NCBI GenBank assembly: GCA_964609135.1
Contig: CAZSQQ010000002.1
Coordinates: 13,349 to 77,348 of the forward strand
Reading direction: 5' to 3'
DNA: 64,000 bases
DNA from: an uncultured Candidatus Saccharibacteria bacterium
Lineage (GTDB): Bacteria > Patescibacteriota > Minisyncoccia > UBA6257 > Colwellbacteraceae
Under the pieces are notes generated by a model, which was not told the origin of the DNA, did no database searches, and saw only the letters and a program-made list of their open reading frames with translations. Positions 9,298-18,884 of the stretch are shown one piece after another; position 1 is the stretch's first letter; every line of letters begins with the position of its first letter. The position numbers and the translations under genes were made by a program.

Positions 9298-9780
9298 CTA
9301 TCCCCAAAACTTGTGGAGCTTCGGATACTGCCTGCAAATCGGAAGATTGGCGCACCAGTTTTCCAACCCCCAATATCTTCCTGCTCTCACGGCGGCGAAG
9401 AACAGAAGAACTGCGGCGTAAACGATGTGTTCATCAACCAGAAATCCGTGCTCAACTTTCGGAAATTCCAAAACGGGGAAATAGTAAAGCAACATCAAAC
9501 CTACGCCCAGAACAGAGCTTAATCTAACCCCTATTCCCAGAATCAAAGATATTCCCAGAAGAGTCAGTCCCCATTCGTTTACAAAATTCACCCAGCCGAT
9601 ATTGGCGTCGGAGGCAAACCACTGGAATAATTCGGGGAAGGTTTTAGCGGTTGTGAGATATCCTTTGGCTGTCCAAGCGGGATCCATAATTTTGGTAATG
9701 CCGGCATAGAACATAAGCCAACCGACAGCGACTCTCGCGATAGTCAAAAACAGTGCCTCGTTTTTAGTCAAATTAGTCAT
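9298..9780 (-). CDS. DoxX family membrane protein (TQO small-subunit-like)
   Basis: R...GW.MFYAG..K, W.A.GYL, GLLLG.G.R-like segment, AGR.WGL. Confidence 0.85.
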   Translation of the reverse strand: MTNLTKNEALFLTIARVAVGWLMFYAGITKIMDPAWTAKGYLTTAKTFPELFQWFASDANIGWVNFVNEWGLTLLGISLILGIGVRLSSVLGVGLMLLYYFPVLEFPKVEHGFLVDEHIVYAAVLLFFAAVRAGRYWGLENWCANLPICRQYPKLHKFWG

Positions 9781-10342
9781 TTTTATCCTTATTTTCTTTA
9801 TCAATCGACCGCCATAGTTTAACTATGGCCAAGAAAAGTAATATCAAGAGGCCAATCCAAAAAAGTGTGCCTATCAGGCCAATAATCCCCCACGAGTTGT
9901 AGGTCCACGGATTACTCCAGTTACCCATCATACCTCCTAACATTATCTGCATCATGGGCATAAAACCTCCGGCTTGGGAGGAAAAGGCAGCCGAGGTATC
10001 ACAACCGCTTAATCTTTTACCCATCACGAGATGTGCCTGCTCTTCGCCCGACTCACCCATCATACTAATCATCATGGCGTTCATCACGGCATGCGAATTC
10101 CCCATCATAGTCCCCATAAAATATTCACCCAAAGCTTCGAAATCGCCGTCGTTTAAGTCGCTGCAATTAAGCTGTTTTGATTGAAGCTTTTCCCACAGCG
10201 TCTTACCCTCTGCCTCCTCTTTTTTGGTATGTTCTTCAATTTCCGGGGTAACACTCTTAAACATCGTCTGTCCTTGAGCTTGAGAAACGAGACCGGGTGC
10301 GAAGAGAAGGGCACTAATGAACACTATGAATATCTTTGTCAT
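9773..10342 (-). CDS. secreted, membrane-anchored Met-rich hypothetical protein
   Basis: Signal peptide, EHT..EEAEG, GEYFMG.MMG.SH..MN, HL.MGKRLSGC, C-terminal TM. Confidence 0.75.
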   Translation of the reverse strand: MTKIFIVFISALLFAPGLVSQAQGQTMFKSVTPEIEEHTKKEEAEGKTLWEKLQSKQLNCSDLNDGDFEALGEYFMGTMMGNSHAVMNAMMISMMGESGEEQAHLVMGKRLSGCDTSAAFSSQAGGFMPMMQIMLGGMMGNWSNPWTYNSWGIIGLIGTLFWIGLLILLFLAIVKLWRSIDKENKDKND

Positions 10343-10382
10343 TGTATAAGTTGGTACATCTTATTAAAAATTATACTCCTCT

Positions 10383-10751
10383 TTATGGTTGTAGGGGACA
10401 ACCGCTTTCTTCCGAAAGCTTCTCCAGCCCCTGTTCGCCGGCTAATCTCCGACCATCCGGGAAAAGCCAAGAGGGGTAACTCTCAACTTTATTGGCCAGA
10501 CATCTCTTCGGTTCTTCGGTACACTCCACATAATTCACAAATCGGAAAGAATCACCAAAAGCCGCTTTCTCATTTTGACAATGGGGACACCAATAAGCGC
10601 CGTACATTACGGCTCCGCTATTCGAAAGACACTCGGCAAAACCGTCGTACTTTCCTTGAGCAACCTTCGGAGAAAAGACGTTGGCCATCAAGGTTATGGC
10701 AATGACTGCCGAGAGAAAGATAAAAATAAAAATTGTAATTTTCTTAACCAT
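10383..10751 (-). CDS. thioredoxin-like protein (VKOR-associated Trx type)
   Basis: MYGAYWCPHCQ.EK..FG, YVEC, C....VESYPSW, L...SGC. Confidence 0.85.
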   Translation of the reverse strand: MVKKITIFIFIFLSAVIAITLMANVFSPKVAQGKYDGFAECLSNSGAVMYGAYWCPHCQNEKAAFGDSFRFVNYVECTEEPKRCLANKVESYPSWLFPDGRRLAGEQGLEKLSEESGCPLQP

Positions 10752-10753
10752 GC

Positions 10754-11215
10754 TCAACAACAATTTTCCATCTCCTCCTTTATTTTCTTAACTGACTCGT
10801 TCTTGCTCGAGGCCACCTTCTCTCGCCTGCCGAAAAGAAAATAGCCGAACCCCAATAAAAGCAGAGCTTCGAGAATCAAAACCAACGGACTTAAATTAAT
10901 CAAAAATAAATAAGAGATGGTTAATCCGATAAAAATAACCGGCAATTTCCATCTCCAAATACTTTGACGGGCAAATACATATTTCTTTTCTCCTTGAAAA
11001 GCAATACCAACAACCGTCCCTCCTATAAGCAATCCCAAGGGCAAAAGATACGCTTCTTCATCGAAGATTCCCAAAACGATGAGCAAAGAAATTATAAGCC
11101 AGGTGGAACTTACCCCCAGACAAATTGGACAAATTTCTAACCGCAGCGTCCGATTTAGAAACCGGGCACTAACGGTAATCAAGAACGCCAAACTTATCGC
11201 CACCAACATAGCCAT
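10754..11215 (-). CDS. membrane protein with CPIC motif and C-terminal CC
   Basis: ICPICLGVSSTW, MENCC; ATG overlaps the upstream TGA. Confidence 0.75.
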   Translation of the reverse strand: MAMLVAISLAFLITVSARFLNRTLRLEICPICLGVSSTWLIISLLIVLGIFDEEAYLLPLGLLIGGTVVGIAFQGEKKYVFARQSIWRWKLPVIFIGLTISYLFLINLSPLVLILEALLLLGFGYFLFGRREKVASSKNESVKKIKEEMENCC

Positions 11216-11991
11216 CAGACAAAGTAAATTATAGACCCTAATCCGACCATGAGGATACCGGCAATTAATCTTTCGGTTTTCCGCTCCTCTCTCTGCCACA
11301 CTTGAACCTTCTCCAGAACTTTCTTATCCGATGCCACAAAGAGGATAACAAGAAGCGGCAGGACGAAAATAATGTTGTAGAAGATGAGGTATGCTAATCC
11401 GTTTAAGAACGTCGCCTGGTCATGCAACAATCCCAGAACCGCGAGGTATGGACCCCCGGTGCAGGGGAATTCACAGATACCGACAAATGCGCCAAGCAAA
11501 AAAGCTGTGGGCAAACTGGCTTGGTCAATCATTACCGCCATCTTATTGTGAGCTGAATGCGGAATATGTAACTTAATCGGGAAGTTCGGAACCAGGACTT
11601 CCAGGGCATTAATGATTCCGAAACCAATAAGCATTATGGCGCCGACCTTGGCCATAAAATGAGGAATGCTGAAAATGTGCAGAACCTGGAGAATCCCGAG
11701 ACCGATTGCGAGATAAGCCAGGAAAATCCCCAAGATGTAGAGAAGACCGATTCGAAGAATATTGGAACGAAGCCGGCCCAGGCTAAAGAGAAAAGCAATC
11801 GTTAGGAGCAGTATGGAGAAAGCGCAGGGATTAATGCTGTCAACCATAGCCGAGGCGACAACGAGGGGCAGGAGCAGCTTACCGCCAGAAGAAATATCCC
11901 ATAGCAACTGGGCGGAAGACATTGAACCGAAGTAAAAGGCTCCGCCCAATAAGACTGCCGCGAATAGAATCAGCCAATAAATCTTTTTCAT
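11215..11991 (-). CDS. CcdA/DsbD-type electron transport membrane protein
   Basis: DSINPCAF and CEFPCTGGPY motifs, about 7 TM. Confidence 0.85.
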   Translation of the reverse strand: MKKIYWLILFAAVLLGGAFYFGSMSSAQLLWDISSGGKLLLPLVVASAMVDSINPCAFSILLLTIAFLFSLGRLRSNILRIGLLYILGIFLAYLAIGLGILQVLHIFSIPHFMAKVGAIMLIGFGIINALEVLVPNFPIKLHIPHSAHNKMAVMIDQASLPTAFLLGAFVGICEFPCTGGPYLAVLGLLHDQATFLNGLAYLIFYNIIFVLPLLVILFVASDKKVLEKVQVWQREERKTERLIAGILMVGLGSIIYFV

Positions 11992-11995
11992 CTAT

Positions 11996-12511
11996 TTAGG
12001 GAGTAACGTTGACTTTGAAGCTTAAGACAACGGGCTCGGAACCGCCGAAATCCAGATAAATTTCCCGTTCTATGAATCCCACGCCAGCCGGACCGTGAGC
12101 AGCCGGATCGAAAACCGCACGGACATTAAGAACCTGGTTGGGTTCAATTTTCAGATTGGCGGTCTTCCATAATCCTGAATCCCCGTGCCCGGGCATACCA
12201 AAAGGTCCGACCTCTCTACCGCCCTCCAAACTCAAGAAAGCGGTGGTACACATACAGGAAGTGGTCGCTTCTCCCACCCGCAGGGTTTCCGAAGAAATAT
12301 TCTTAACCGCGTAGTTATAATCTACCAATCCTTTCCTCATTGAGACAGAGCCGAAATCATAACCCGTTTCCTTAATCTCGATCTGGGCGAGATTAAAACT
12401 GGAACTGGCGCCTGATGTCGAGCTTGACTGAATCTTCCCTTGGAGACTCCATACGGATAGACCGGCTATCACCAAAACAAAAAGTGCAATTATTTTAGTT
12501 GAATTTTTCAT
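11996..12511 (-). CDS. DUF1573 domain protein
   Basis: YDFG, TSCMCT, FGMPGHG, FDPAAHGPAGVG. Confidence 0.8.
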   Translation of the reverse strand: MKNSTKIIALFVLVIAGLSVWSLQGKIQSSSTSGASSSFNLAQIEIKETGYDFGSVSMRKGLVDYNYAVKNISSETLRVGEATTSCMCTTAFLSLEGGREVGPFGMPGHGDSGLWKTANLKIEPNQVLNVRAVFDPAAHGPAGVGFIEREIYLDFGGSEPVVLSFKVNVTP

Positions 12512-12597
12512 GTTAGTTGAATTTAACTTTTAATTAGACGCAAAGAAATAGAGCACCAGAAAGTACCAGGGGGCCGCAACCAAAGAAAGCCGCGGCT

Positions 12598-12957
12598 CTA
12601 TCTCAAATTAGGACTATTGAGGTGAGAAACCAGCCAGCTCAATTCTTTTTCAGATAATCGACGGGGTCGGGCATCAACAAAACTAAAATTTCTGTCTAGA
12701 GTTGTATTTAACGTGCTAATCGAATTGGCGAGAAAAAGAATTCCAAGATAAACAAGGGGCAGGACAAGAGACAATAAACCGTTCAAAGACGCGAGATGTC
12801 CCAAAATATCCTCCAAACCGCCGGCCAAACCGCACAGTCCGCCGCTTCCCAAGGGGCAGAAATGACTGCCCACAGTATGAATAGCGAAAACGAAGAATAC
12901 GCTCGCAATCAAGCTCAGAATTAAAATAACACTAAGAGTTTTTTGGTGGAGAACCAT
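12598..12957 (-). CDS. hypothetical membrane protein
   Basis: HFCPL...C...H motif and WL..H.NSP C-terminus; lies in the copA operon. Confidence 0.6.
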   Translation of the reverse strand: MVLHQKTLSVILILSLIASVFFVFAIHTVGSHFCPLGSGGLCGLAGGLEDILGHLASLNGLLSLVLPLVYLGILFLANSISTLNTTLDRNFSFVDARPRRLSEKELSWLVSHLNSPNLR

Positions 12958-12990
12958 TTCCCTTAAATTAACATGGAATAACTTAGAAGT

Positions 12991-15183
12991 CTACTGGCGC
13001 AGGCTGGGTTCGACGCGTTTAAGAAGAACTGCATTGGTAGCCACGATGATGGATGAAGCCGACATGAGAAGCGCGGAAATTTCCGGCCGAAGCGACCAGT
13101 GAAGCGAGCTATAGAAAACTCCTGCGGCAATGGGAATGGCAAGCATGTTGTAAATCGCAGCCCAGAAAAGATTCTGTTTCATCTTGACAACGGTTGCTCT
13201 ACTCAAGCGAAGCGCAGCCACAATGTCGTAGGGGTCCGACTTCATAAGAACAATGTTCCCCGTCTCTATGGCCACATCTGTTCCCGCACCAATCGCAATA
13301 CCGATATCCGCTTGGGCAAGCGCCGGTGCATCGTTAATTCCGTCACCGACCATCGCGACAAACTTGCCTTCGTCCTGTAATTGCTTCACATACTTGGCTT
13401 TGTCTCCAGGAAGCACTTGCGCGAAGTAGCGATTGATACCAAGGTCTTTGGCTATCGCACCCGCCACTCGTTCATGGTCGCCGGTAATCATAACCACTTC
13501 CAAACCCATGGACTGCAATACTGAAATCGTCTTTTTCGCCGACGGCCGCAAAGTATCAGCCACACCAATTACTCCCGCAACACTGTTATCAATTGCTACA
13601 ATGCTCAAGGTGTTTCCAGCCTCGAGCAGATGGTCAATCTCCGAGCGAAGCGGTGAGAGATCGATTTTGTGCTGCTGCATGAGACGTTCCGTGCCGGCAA
13701 TAACCGACTGGCCGCCTACGACCGCGCGAACACCCTCTCCGCTAACCGCCTCAAATTTTTCTATCCTCTGTTTTACTTCAATGCCGCGCTTTTTAGCTTC
13801 TTCAATAATAGAAAAGCTGATTGGGTGATTGGAACCAGTTTCAACGGCTGCCGATACGGCAATAAGTTCACGCACGCTATTCCCTGGACGAACGATTATT
13901 TCGGTAACTTGCGGCTTGCCCATGGTCAAAGTACCTGTTTTATCAAGAACAATGGCCGTAAGCCTCGAAGTATTTTCAAGCGTTGCTGCGTCTTTTATAA
14001 GAATGTTGTGTTTGGCGCCGATACCGGTTCCTACGGCAACGGCTGTGGGAGTCGCAAGGCCAAGCGCGTCAGGGCAGGCAATGACAACCGTCGAAACCGC
14101 AAAGGTAAGGGCCGTAAGGAGTCCAGCTCCAGCGCCCAAATACCAACTTAGAAATGCTGCGATCCCGGAACCAATGGCGACAACGACCAGCCAACTCGCC
14201 GCTTTGTCGGCTATGCGCTGGCCGGGCGCTTTAGAATTTTGAGCCGTCTCAACAAGTTTGATGATTTGCGCAAGAACGGTTTCCGACCCAACCTGGGTAG
14301 CTTTAAACTTGACGGTTCCCGTCTGGTTAACTGAACCGCCGACAACTTTATCACCAACTTTTTTAATAACCGGAATTGATTCTCCGGTCACCAGCGATTC
14401 ATCAATTGAAGTTTCCCCTTCCGTAATCGCGCCGTCTACCGGCGCTTTGTCGCCGGGCCGAAGGACAACGATATCGTTGTGAACAATTTCGGCGCTGGGT
14501 ATGACAGTCTCCTTACCACCACGGATAACCTTGGCTTGCGGCGGCACCAGGTCAAAAAGGGCGCGAAGCGCGTCAGAAGTCCCGCGACGCGAACGCATCT
14601 CCATCCAGTGACCAAATAGAACAAACGTTACTAAAAGCGCTGCGGCTTCATAAAAAGTTTCGCTTCCTCCTATTACGGTAAGTAGCACGCTAAAAAGATA
14701 GGCGGCCAGCACTCCGGTAGCGATCAAGACCGCCATATTAAGTTTCTTGGCTTTAAGAGAATAATAGGTGCCGGTAATGAAAATGGAGCCCGTAAAGAAG
14801 ACTATCGGCGTTGTGAGAACAAAAAGCAGCCAATTTACCGGAATGGGAGTTGGAAGATCGAGCTTAAAAAAATTAAGGCCCAGTGGAGAATAAAGAACGA
14901 TAGGGATTGAGAGCAGGAAAGACACTAAAAATCTGCGACGCATGTCGACTTCCATCTGCTCGGCAATTGCCGGATTTGTCATAGCGGCCTCGTGATCAGC
15001 GTGGCTCCCGCCTACGCCACGGCTATGGCGGGCAGGCATTTTCTGCATATTGCGGCTGGCGTGAGAGTCAGCCTTTCGGGGTATCAAATCCATACCGCAG
15101 GCCGGGCACCGGCCGGGTTCGCTCTTCCGAACTTGCGGGTGCATCGGGCAAGCATAGATTTTTTGCGAGGAGCTTTGACCCAC
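12991..15183 (-). CDS. copA: copper-translocating P1B-type ATPase
   Basis: N-terminal YACPMHP...[44 protein letters not shown] and MSASS in the last TMs. Confidence 0.93.
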   Translation of the reverse strand: MGQSSSQKIYACPMHPQVRKSEPGRCPACGMDLIPRKADSHASRNMQKMPARHSRGVGGSHADHEAAMTNPAIAEQMEVDMRRRFLVSFLLSIPIVLYSPLGLNFFKLDLPTPIPVNWLLFVLTTPIVFFTGSIFITGTYYSLKAKKLNMAVLIATGVLAAYLFSVLLTVIGGSETFYEAAALLVTFVLFGHWMEMRSRRGTSDALRALFDLVPPQAKVIRGGKETVIPSAEIVHNDIVVLRPGDKAPVDGAITEGETSIDESLVTGESIPVIKKVGDKVVGGSVNQTGTVKFKATQVGSETVLAQIIKLVETAQNSKAPGQRIADKAASWLVVVAIGSGIAAFLSWYLGAGAGLLTALTFAVSTVVIACPDALGLATPTAVAVGTGIGAKHNILIKDAATLENTSRLTAIVLDKTGTLTMGKPQVTEIIVRPGNSVRELIAVSAAVETGSNHPISFSIIEEAKKRGIEVKQRIEKFEAVSGEGVRAVVGGQSVIAGTERLMQQHKIDLSPLRSEIDHLLEAGNTLSIVAIDNSVAGVIGVADTLRPSAKKTISVLQSMGLEVVMITGDHERVAGAIAKDLGINRYFAQVLPGDKAKYVKQLQDEGKFVAMVGDGINDAPALAQADIGIAIGAGTDVAIETGNIVLMKSDPYDIVAALRLSRATVVKMKQNLFWAAIYNMLAIPIAAGVFYSSLHWSLRPEISALLMSASSIIVATNAVLLKRVEPSLRQ
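15007..15037. repeat. REP-like palindrome inserted in frame in copA
   Basis: CCCGCCTACGCCACGGCTATGGCGGGCAGGC (CCCGCC/GGCGGG stem) encodes [10 protein letters not shown] in a linker. Confidence 0.6.
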
Positions 15184-15215
15184 CGATTATGTTTTGATCT
15201 CTACTGTGCGACCTT

Positions 15216-16160
15216 TTATACTCCGCAACTGCCACCCGACCGCACTTCAGGCACAGTAATTTGACTTAGAATTTTCTGGTATCCAGAGGCGCTGGAAAAA
15301 TCATATCCCAGGAGTTCTTTGGGATCGGCTTTTTCCCATCCAACCCCCTTTGATTGAAGATGTCTTGCAATATTCAAATAAGTATCCGGGAACCAGTATG
15401 CATTAACCCGCAGGGCCACTCTGTACATTTCATTTTCCGATATCCCCTGTGATGCCATAAGTTCAAGGAGTCCCAACATCGCCATGCCGTGATTGCAGTC
15501 CGGGAAGTAGGTTGAGTTGTTGCAACATGGACGATAGATGTTCTTTGCGACCCGGGCGACAAGGTCCTGCTCATCTCTCGTTAAAACGATTAAGGGATGC
15601 CCGCTATAATGATCCATTGTTTCCCCTCTCGAGAGCGTCCATCCGCCGGTCGAGGCAAAGTTCTCCGCCCCTCCATATCGCGCATCCATCATCGGCCCTT
15701 CTTCCAAAATAGAACTCTTAGTGCCTAATCCCAACGCCCACAAAAGATTTAAAATGAACCCGGAATTTTCAGACGTAATTTTGAGGTTGCCGTTATCAGA
15801 TCCATATAAAAGTTGCTTGGCTTCATCGGTTAGGCCCCCGCGACTCGCGTAGATCGACTCAAATTTTTCCTTATCGATTACTCCCGCGCTTATCGTTCTC
15901 ACGCCGAGATCACCCCAACGAACCGGCAGGACAATCCCCGCTCGCGGCAACACTTTATCCTTGAGAGCATCAGCAATATGTTGCTCATTTGATAATGTTG
16001 ATAAGGCTTGAGTCTTCGCCCGATCCCGTTGGAACTCCGGTCCCGTTACGTAAATAAAAACTCCAACGAGAGCAATCACGAAAACAAGAATGTTTATATT
16101 TGAAAGCGTATACTCCCCTTGTTTGCCTTTGCTCTCCATGTCCGGTTTTGTATTATTCAT
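15216..16160 (-). CDS. exported Cys/His-motif hypothetical protein
   Basis: TM anchor, FASTGGW, YRPCCNNSTYFPDCNHGMAMLG, C-terminal GSCGV; lies between csoR and copA. Confidence 0.8.
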   Translation of the reverse strand: MNNTKPDMESKGKQGEYTLSNINILVFVIALVGVFIYVTGPEFQRDRAKTQALSTLSNEQHIADALKDKVLPRAGIVLPVRWGDLGVRTISAGVIDKEKFESIYASRGGLTDEAKQLLYGSDNGNLKITSENSGFILNLLWALGLGTKSSILEEGPMMDARYGGAENFASTGGWTLSRGETMDHYSGHPLIVLTRDEQDLVARVAKNIYRPCCNNSTYFPDCNHGMAMLGLLELMASQGISENEMYRVALRVNAYWFPDTYLNIARHLQSKGVGWEKADPKELLGYDFSSASGYQKILSQITVPEVRSGGSCGV

Positions 16161-16188
16161 AACATATTTATTGCAAGCCAACTTCGTT

Positions 16189-16452
16189 TCATTTAGAAAG
16201 TTTATAGATAGCAATAATCTCTTTGACTGCCTTTTTTGATTTTTGTCCCTTTATTTGTTCTACGGCATGTGTGGCAATATGATTCTCAAAAATAAAATCT
16301 TCAAAACTAGAGAGGGCTTTCTTAATCGCCAACGACTGAATAATAATATCGGGGCAGTAGCGGTCGTCTTCAACCATTTTTTGCAGACCGTGGATCTGGC
16401 CGCCAATTATTTTGAGGCGGCGCAGGGCTCGTCCTTGAGTTTTTGTAACCAT
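16189..16452 (-). CDS. csoR: CsoR/RcnR family metal-sensing repressor
   Basis: RRLK.I.GQI.GLQKMVEDDRYC.DII.Q, ENHIATH; ATG at 16452. Confidence 0.9.
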   Translation of the reverse strand: MVTKTQGRALRRLKIIGGQIHGLQKMVEDDRYCPDIIIQSLAIKKALSSFEDFIFENHIATHAVEQIKGQKSKKAVKEIIAIYKLSK

Positions 16453-16460
16453 TGCCTTAA

Positions 16461-16488
16461 ATAATACCCCTAGGGGGTATTCTGTCAA
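16461..16488 (-). promoter_or_regulatory. csoR promoter with CsoR-type operator
   Basis: TTGACA-16-TATTAT on -, overlapped by the palindrome AATACCCC-TAG-GGGGTATT (16463-16481), which resembles known CsoR C/G-tract operators. Confidence 0.8.
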
Positions 16489-16492
16489 CAAC

Positions 16493-16786
16493 CTAAAAGT
16501 AACGTATCAGGACCTTCCCTAAAACATCTTTTTTCGTTATCCAGCCAAAACTTCGGCTGTCGGTGCTCTCCCCTTCGTTGTCACCGGAAACAAAGTACTC
16601 ATCTCCCCGAACTTCTTTGATTCTTTTCAAAATCAAACGCCCATCACGAGGATCTTTTAAAACCACGACTTCGTCCGCCTTGGGTCCTCTAAATTTATAA
16701 ATCAGATTGCTAACCAAAAGTTTGCCGCCTTCTCTAAAAACCGGTTCCATGCTCCGTCCGGAAACAATAAAACGGGAAAGAAACAT
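16493..16786 (-). CDS. sodX: nickel superoxide dismutase maturation protease (S26-like)
   Basis: VSGRSMEP, DPRD...LKRI, GDN...STDSR.FG; coupled to sodN. Confidence 0.88.
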   Translation of the reverse strand: MFLSRFIVSGRSMEPVFREGGKLLVSNLIYKFRGPKADEVVVLKDPRDGRLILKRIKEVRGDEYFVSGDNEGESTDSRSFGWITKKDVLGKVLIRYF

Positions 16787-17214
16787 TATTTCTTAGTCCT
16801 TTCAAATATCTCTCCGATCTCGGCAACTTTTTGTCTTAACTCCTTGGCCGATTCGAGGTTTATCTCTCGCTTATTTTTAGAACAGAGCTTGGTCGCAACC
16901 CAAATCTTCTCGTGAAGGTCGGGAAACTGAATCAAATGTTCCGGTTTAAAATAATCCGTCCAGAGAATTAATATTTCTTTTTTGCAAAGTTCGGCGTGTT
17001 CTTCTTTAACTCTGACCATCCGAGCAGCTGAATTCTCATAAACGAGCATCTCTCCTTTATTGAAAGAGGTTGGTGGTGTAAGTCCAGTCAAAAGAATAAC
17101 CATCTTTTCGACCGTCTCCGCGGCCATAGCCGAGGGCACAGCCGAATAAATCCCGCAGGGAATATCGCAGTGAGCGTAAACTACTTTTAGCTCGCCGAAG
17201 ATTCGCATTGGCAT
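16786..17214 (-). CDS. sodN: nickel superoxide dismutase precursor
   Basis: Leader followed by Ni-hook AHCDIPCGIY; KEEHA...K, LWTDYFKP. Confidence 0.95.
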   Translation of the reverse strand: MPMRIFGELKVVYAHCDIPCGIYSAVPSAMAAETVEKMVILLTGLTPPTSFNKGEMLVYENSAARMVRVKEEHAELCKKEILILWTDYFKPEHLIQFPDLHEKIWVATKLCSKNKREINLESAKELRQKVAEIGEIFERTKK

Positions 17215-17739
17215 TTACTGAACAACGACTCGGCCAGTAAACTTTGGATTCAATTTATCAACGTAGTCCCAAATGCCTGAGCGTTCGAAGGTTACGCGCA
17301 GATTTTCGCCAAGCTTTAGACCGGCGCAAGAATCAAACTTGCTCCCGCAAGGACCTCTTTCCGGATATTGATTGGAGGCGACTGATGCCACCCAGTGGGG
17401 AGCCTTATCTCTGTTGGTCCACAGAACTGCCGTGCCTTTGACGATATTTACCTCTGCGGGGCTGAAGCCGGCGGTAGTAATATCAATAACCATGTTGGCC
17501 TGTTTCTCGATAGGAACCATTACCTGGGTAATAGTCCCGTCTTGGGGAACATAAACTTCCGGCGGTTTTTGGACAGGGACCGGAGCGGCTTCTTTTTTGC
17601 CGGTAAGCGAATCTTGAAACTGCTTTAACGGAGTACCGGTTGGCCAATTAACAAGCGTGAAGACGCCAACTACAACGACCGCTAAAACCAGAGCGGCGGC
17701 CACTTTACTGGCTTTTTCGTTATCCATTTCCATAATCAT
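17215..17739 (-). CDS. membrane-anchored cupredoxin-like protein
   Basis: IT..GFSP..V.I.KGT.V.WTN...HWVAS, G.WDY.D.LNP..TG.VVV. Confidence 0.7.
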   Translation of the reverse strand: MIMEMDNEKASKVAAALVLAVVVVGVFTLVNWPTGTPLKQFQDSLTGKKEAAPVPVQKPPEVYVPQDGTITQVMVPIEKQANMVIDITTAGFSPAEVNIVKGTAVLWTNRDKAPHWVASVASNQYPERGPCGSKFDSCAGLKLGENLRVTFERSGIWDYVDKLNPKFTGRVVVQ

Positions 17740-17749
17740 ACCATCTTCC

Positions 17750-18619
17750 TTACTCTACGACTACTGTCCCTGCTTTAGAAGGATTTAAATGATCGTGGTA
17801 TTTCCATGAACCCGGGAAATTAAAAACGAATGTGAAGCTCTCGCCTTTATTTAGCCCCTTACAGGCATCGAAGCTTGAATCAATGCAACCGCCTTTCTCG
17901 GGATAAATTGAGTGAGTTGGGTGAATAGCTGATGCCGGCCAGCTCAAGGCTGAACTTTGATTAGTCCAGCGAACAGTATCTCCCTTCTTAATCTTTATCT
18001 CTTTGGGAGAAAAACCGTTATCGGTTATCAAAACTTCCTTCAATAGCGACTGGTTATTGGACTGAACTGGAGTCGGTTTTTCTTTCAAACTTCCGACAGC
18101 TTCGTCTAAAATCTTATTACCCACGGACTCTAGCTTGTCTCTTATCACGGCACTCTTATCTTTCAAACCTTCGAAAAGTCGGCGATGACGAGAGACTCTG
18201 TCGGCTAACTGCTGCAACAACTTATCAACGTTGGGGTTATTGGAAGTTTGCTTAAGCGATTCCAGTCGCGCGCTCAACCTCGAAACATTACTATTGTAAT
18301 TATTGAGGGCTTTCTCTATGGCCTTGGTATTGCTGGGCTCTAAGTCAATAACTCTCTTAATCTCGGCGGCTCGCTCGCCCGCGACGGTCAATTCGTATTC
18401 AGCTTTGGAAAAAGGATCAAAGATAAAGAAAAGTTTTGTGGCTCTGCCCAGCTCCTTTATAAAATAGAAGGGATTGGTGGGTAGAATCCCCGGGTTGCCC
18501 AAATCTTCATCTCCGCTTTGAACTGCTGGAGCGGGAGAGGTGGTTTGTGCGATGGTTATTGGTAACGACGAAAACGCGAGAGATAGAGCGAGCGACAAAA
18601 CGATTAATGTTTTTTGCAT
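17750..18619 (-). CDS. secreted DUF5667 plus cupredoxin-like domain protein
   Basis: PGILPTNPFYF.K (DUF5667-like); C-terminal WPASAIHPTH..YP, YHDHLNP. Confidence 0.75.
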   Translation of the reverse strand: MQKTLIVLSLALSLAFSSLPITIAQTTSPAPAVQSGDEDLGNPGILPTNPFYFIKELGRATKLFFIFDPFSKAEYELTVAGERAAEIKRVIDLEPSNTKAIEKALNNYNSNVSRLSARLESLKQTSNNPNVDKLLQQLADRVSRHRRLFEGLKDKSAVIRDKLESVGNKILDEAVGSLKEKPTPVQSNNQSLLKEVLITDNGFSPKEIKIKKGDTVRWTNQSSALSWPASAIHPTHSIYPEKGGCIDSSFDACKGLNKGESFTFVFNFPGSWKYHDHLNPSKAGTVVVE

Positions 18620-18701
18620 GGTCTATATTATATCATATAGCCCTCTGCCAACAAGAAAACCAATTTACTTGAATTAAAAACTCTGCTATATTCTTACCGT
18701 C

Positions 18702-18737
18702 GTTCGGCAAGCTCACGATGGTGAGTTGCACCGAACC
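18702..18737. repeat. inverted pair of GTTCG..CTCAC REP-like units
   Basis: GTTCGGCAAGCTCACGAT-GGTGAGTTGCACCGAACC directly upstream of tRNA-Asn. Confidence 0.7.
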
Positions 18738-18741
18738 ATAT

Positions 18742-18813
18742 TCCGCAGTAGCTCAATGGTGGAGCAACTCCCTGTTAAGGAGATGGTTGTAGGTTCGAGT
18801 CCTACCTGCGGAG
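18742..18813 (+). tRNA. tRNA-Asn(GTT)
   Basis: TCCGCAG/CTGCGGA acceptor stem, CTGTTAA anticodon loop, GGTTCGAGTCC T-arm; CCA not encoded. Confidence 0.95.
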
Positions 18814-18884
18814 CATATTAGTCACACTTAGAACCCATGAAAACAGCCATCGGTTGTAGGTTCTTGATATAATCAATTGCGGAA

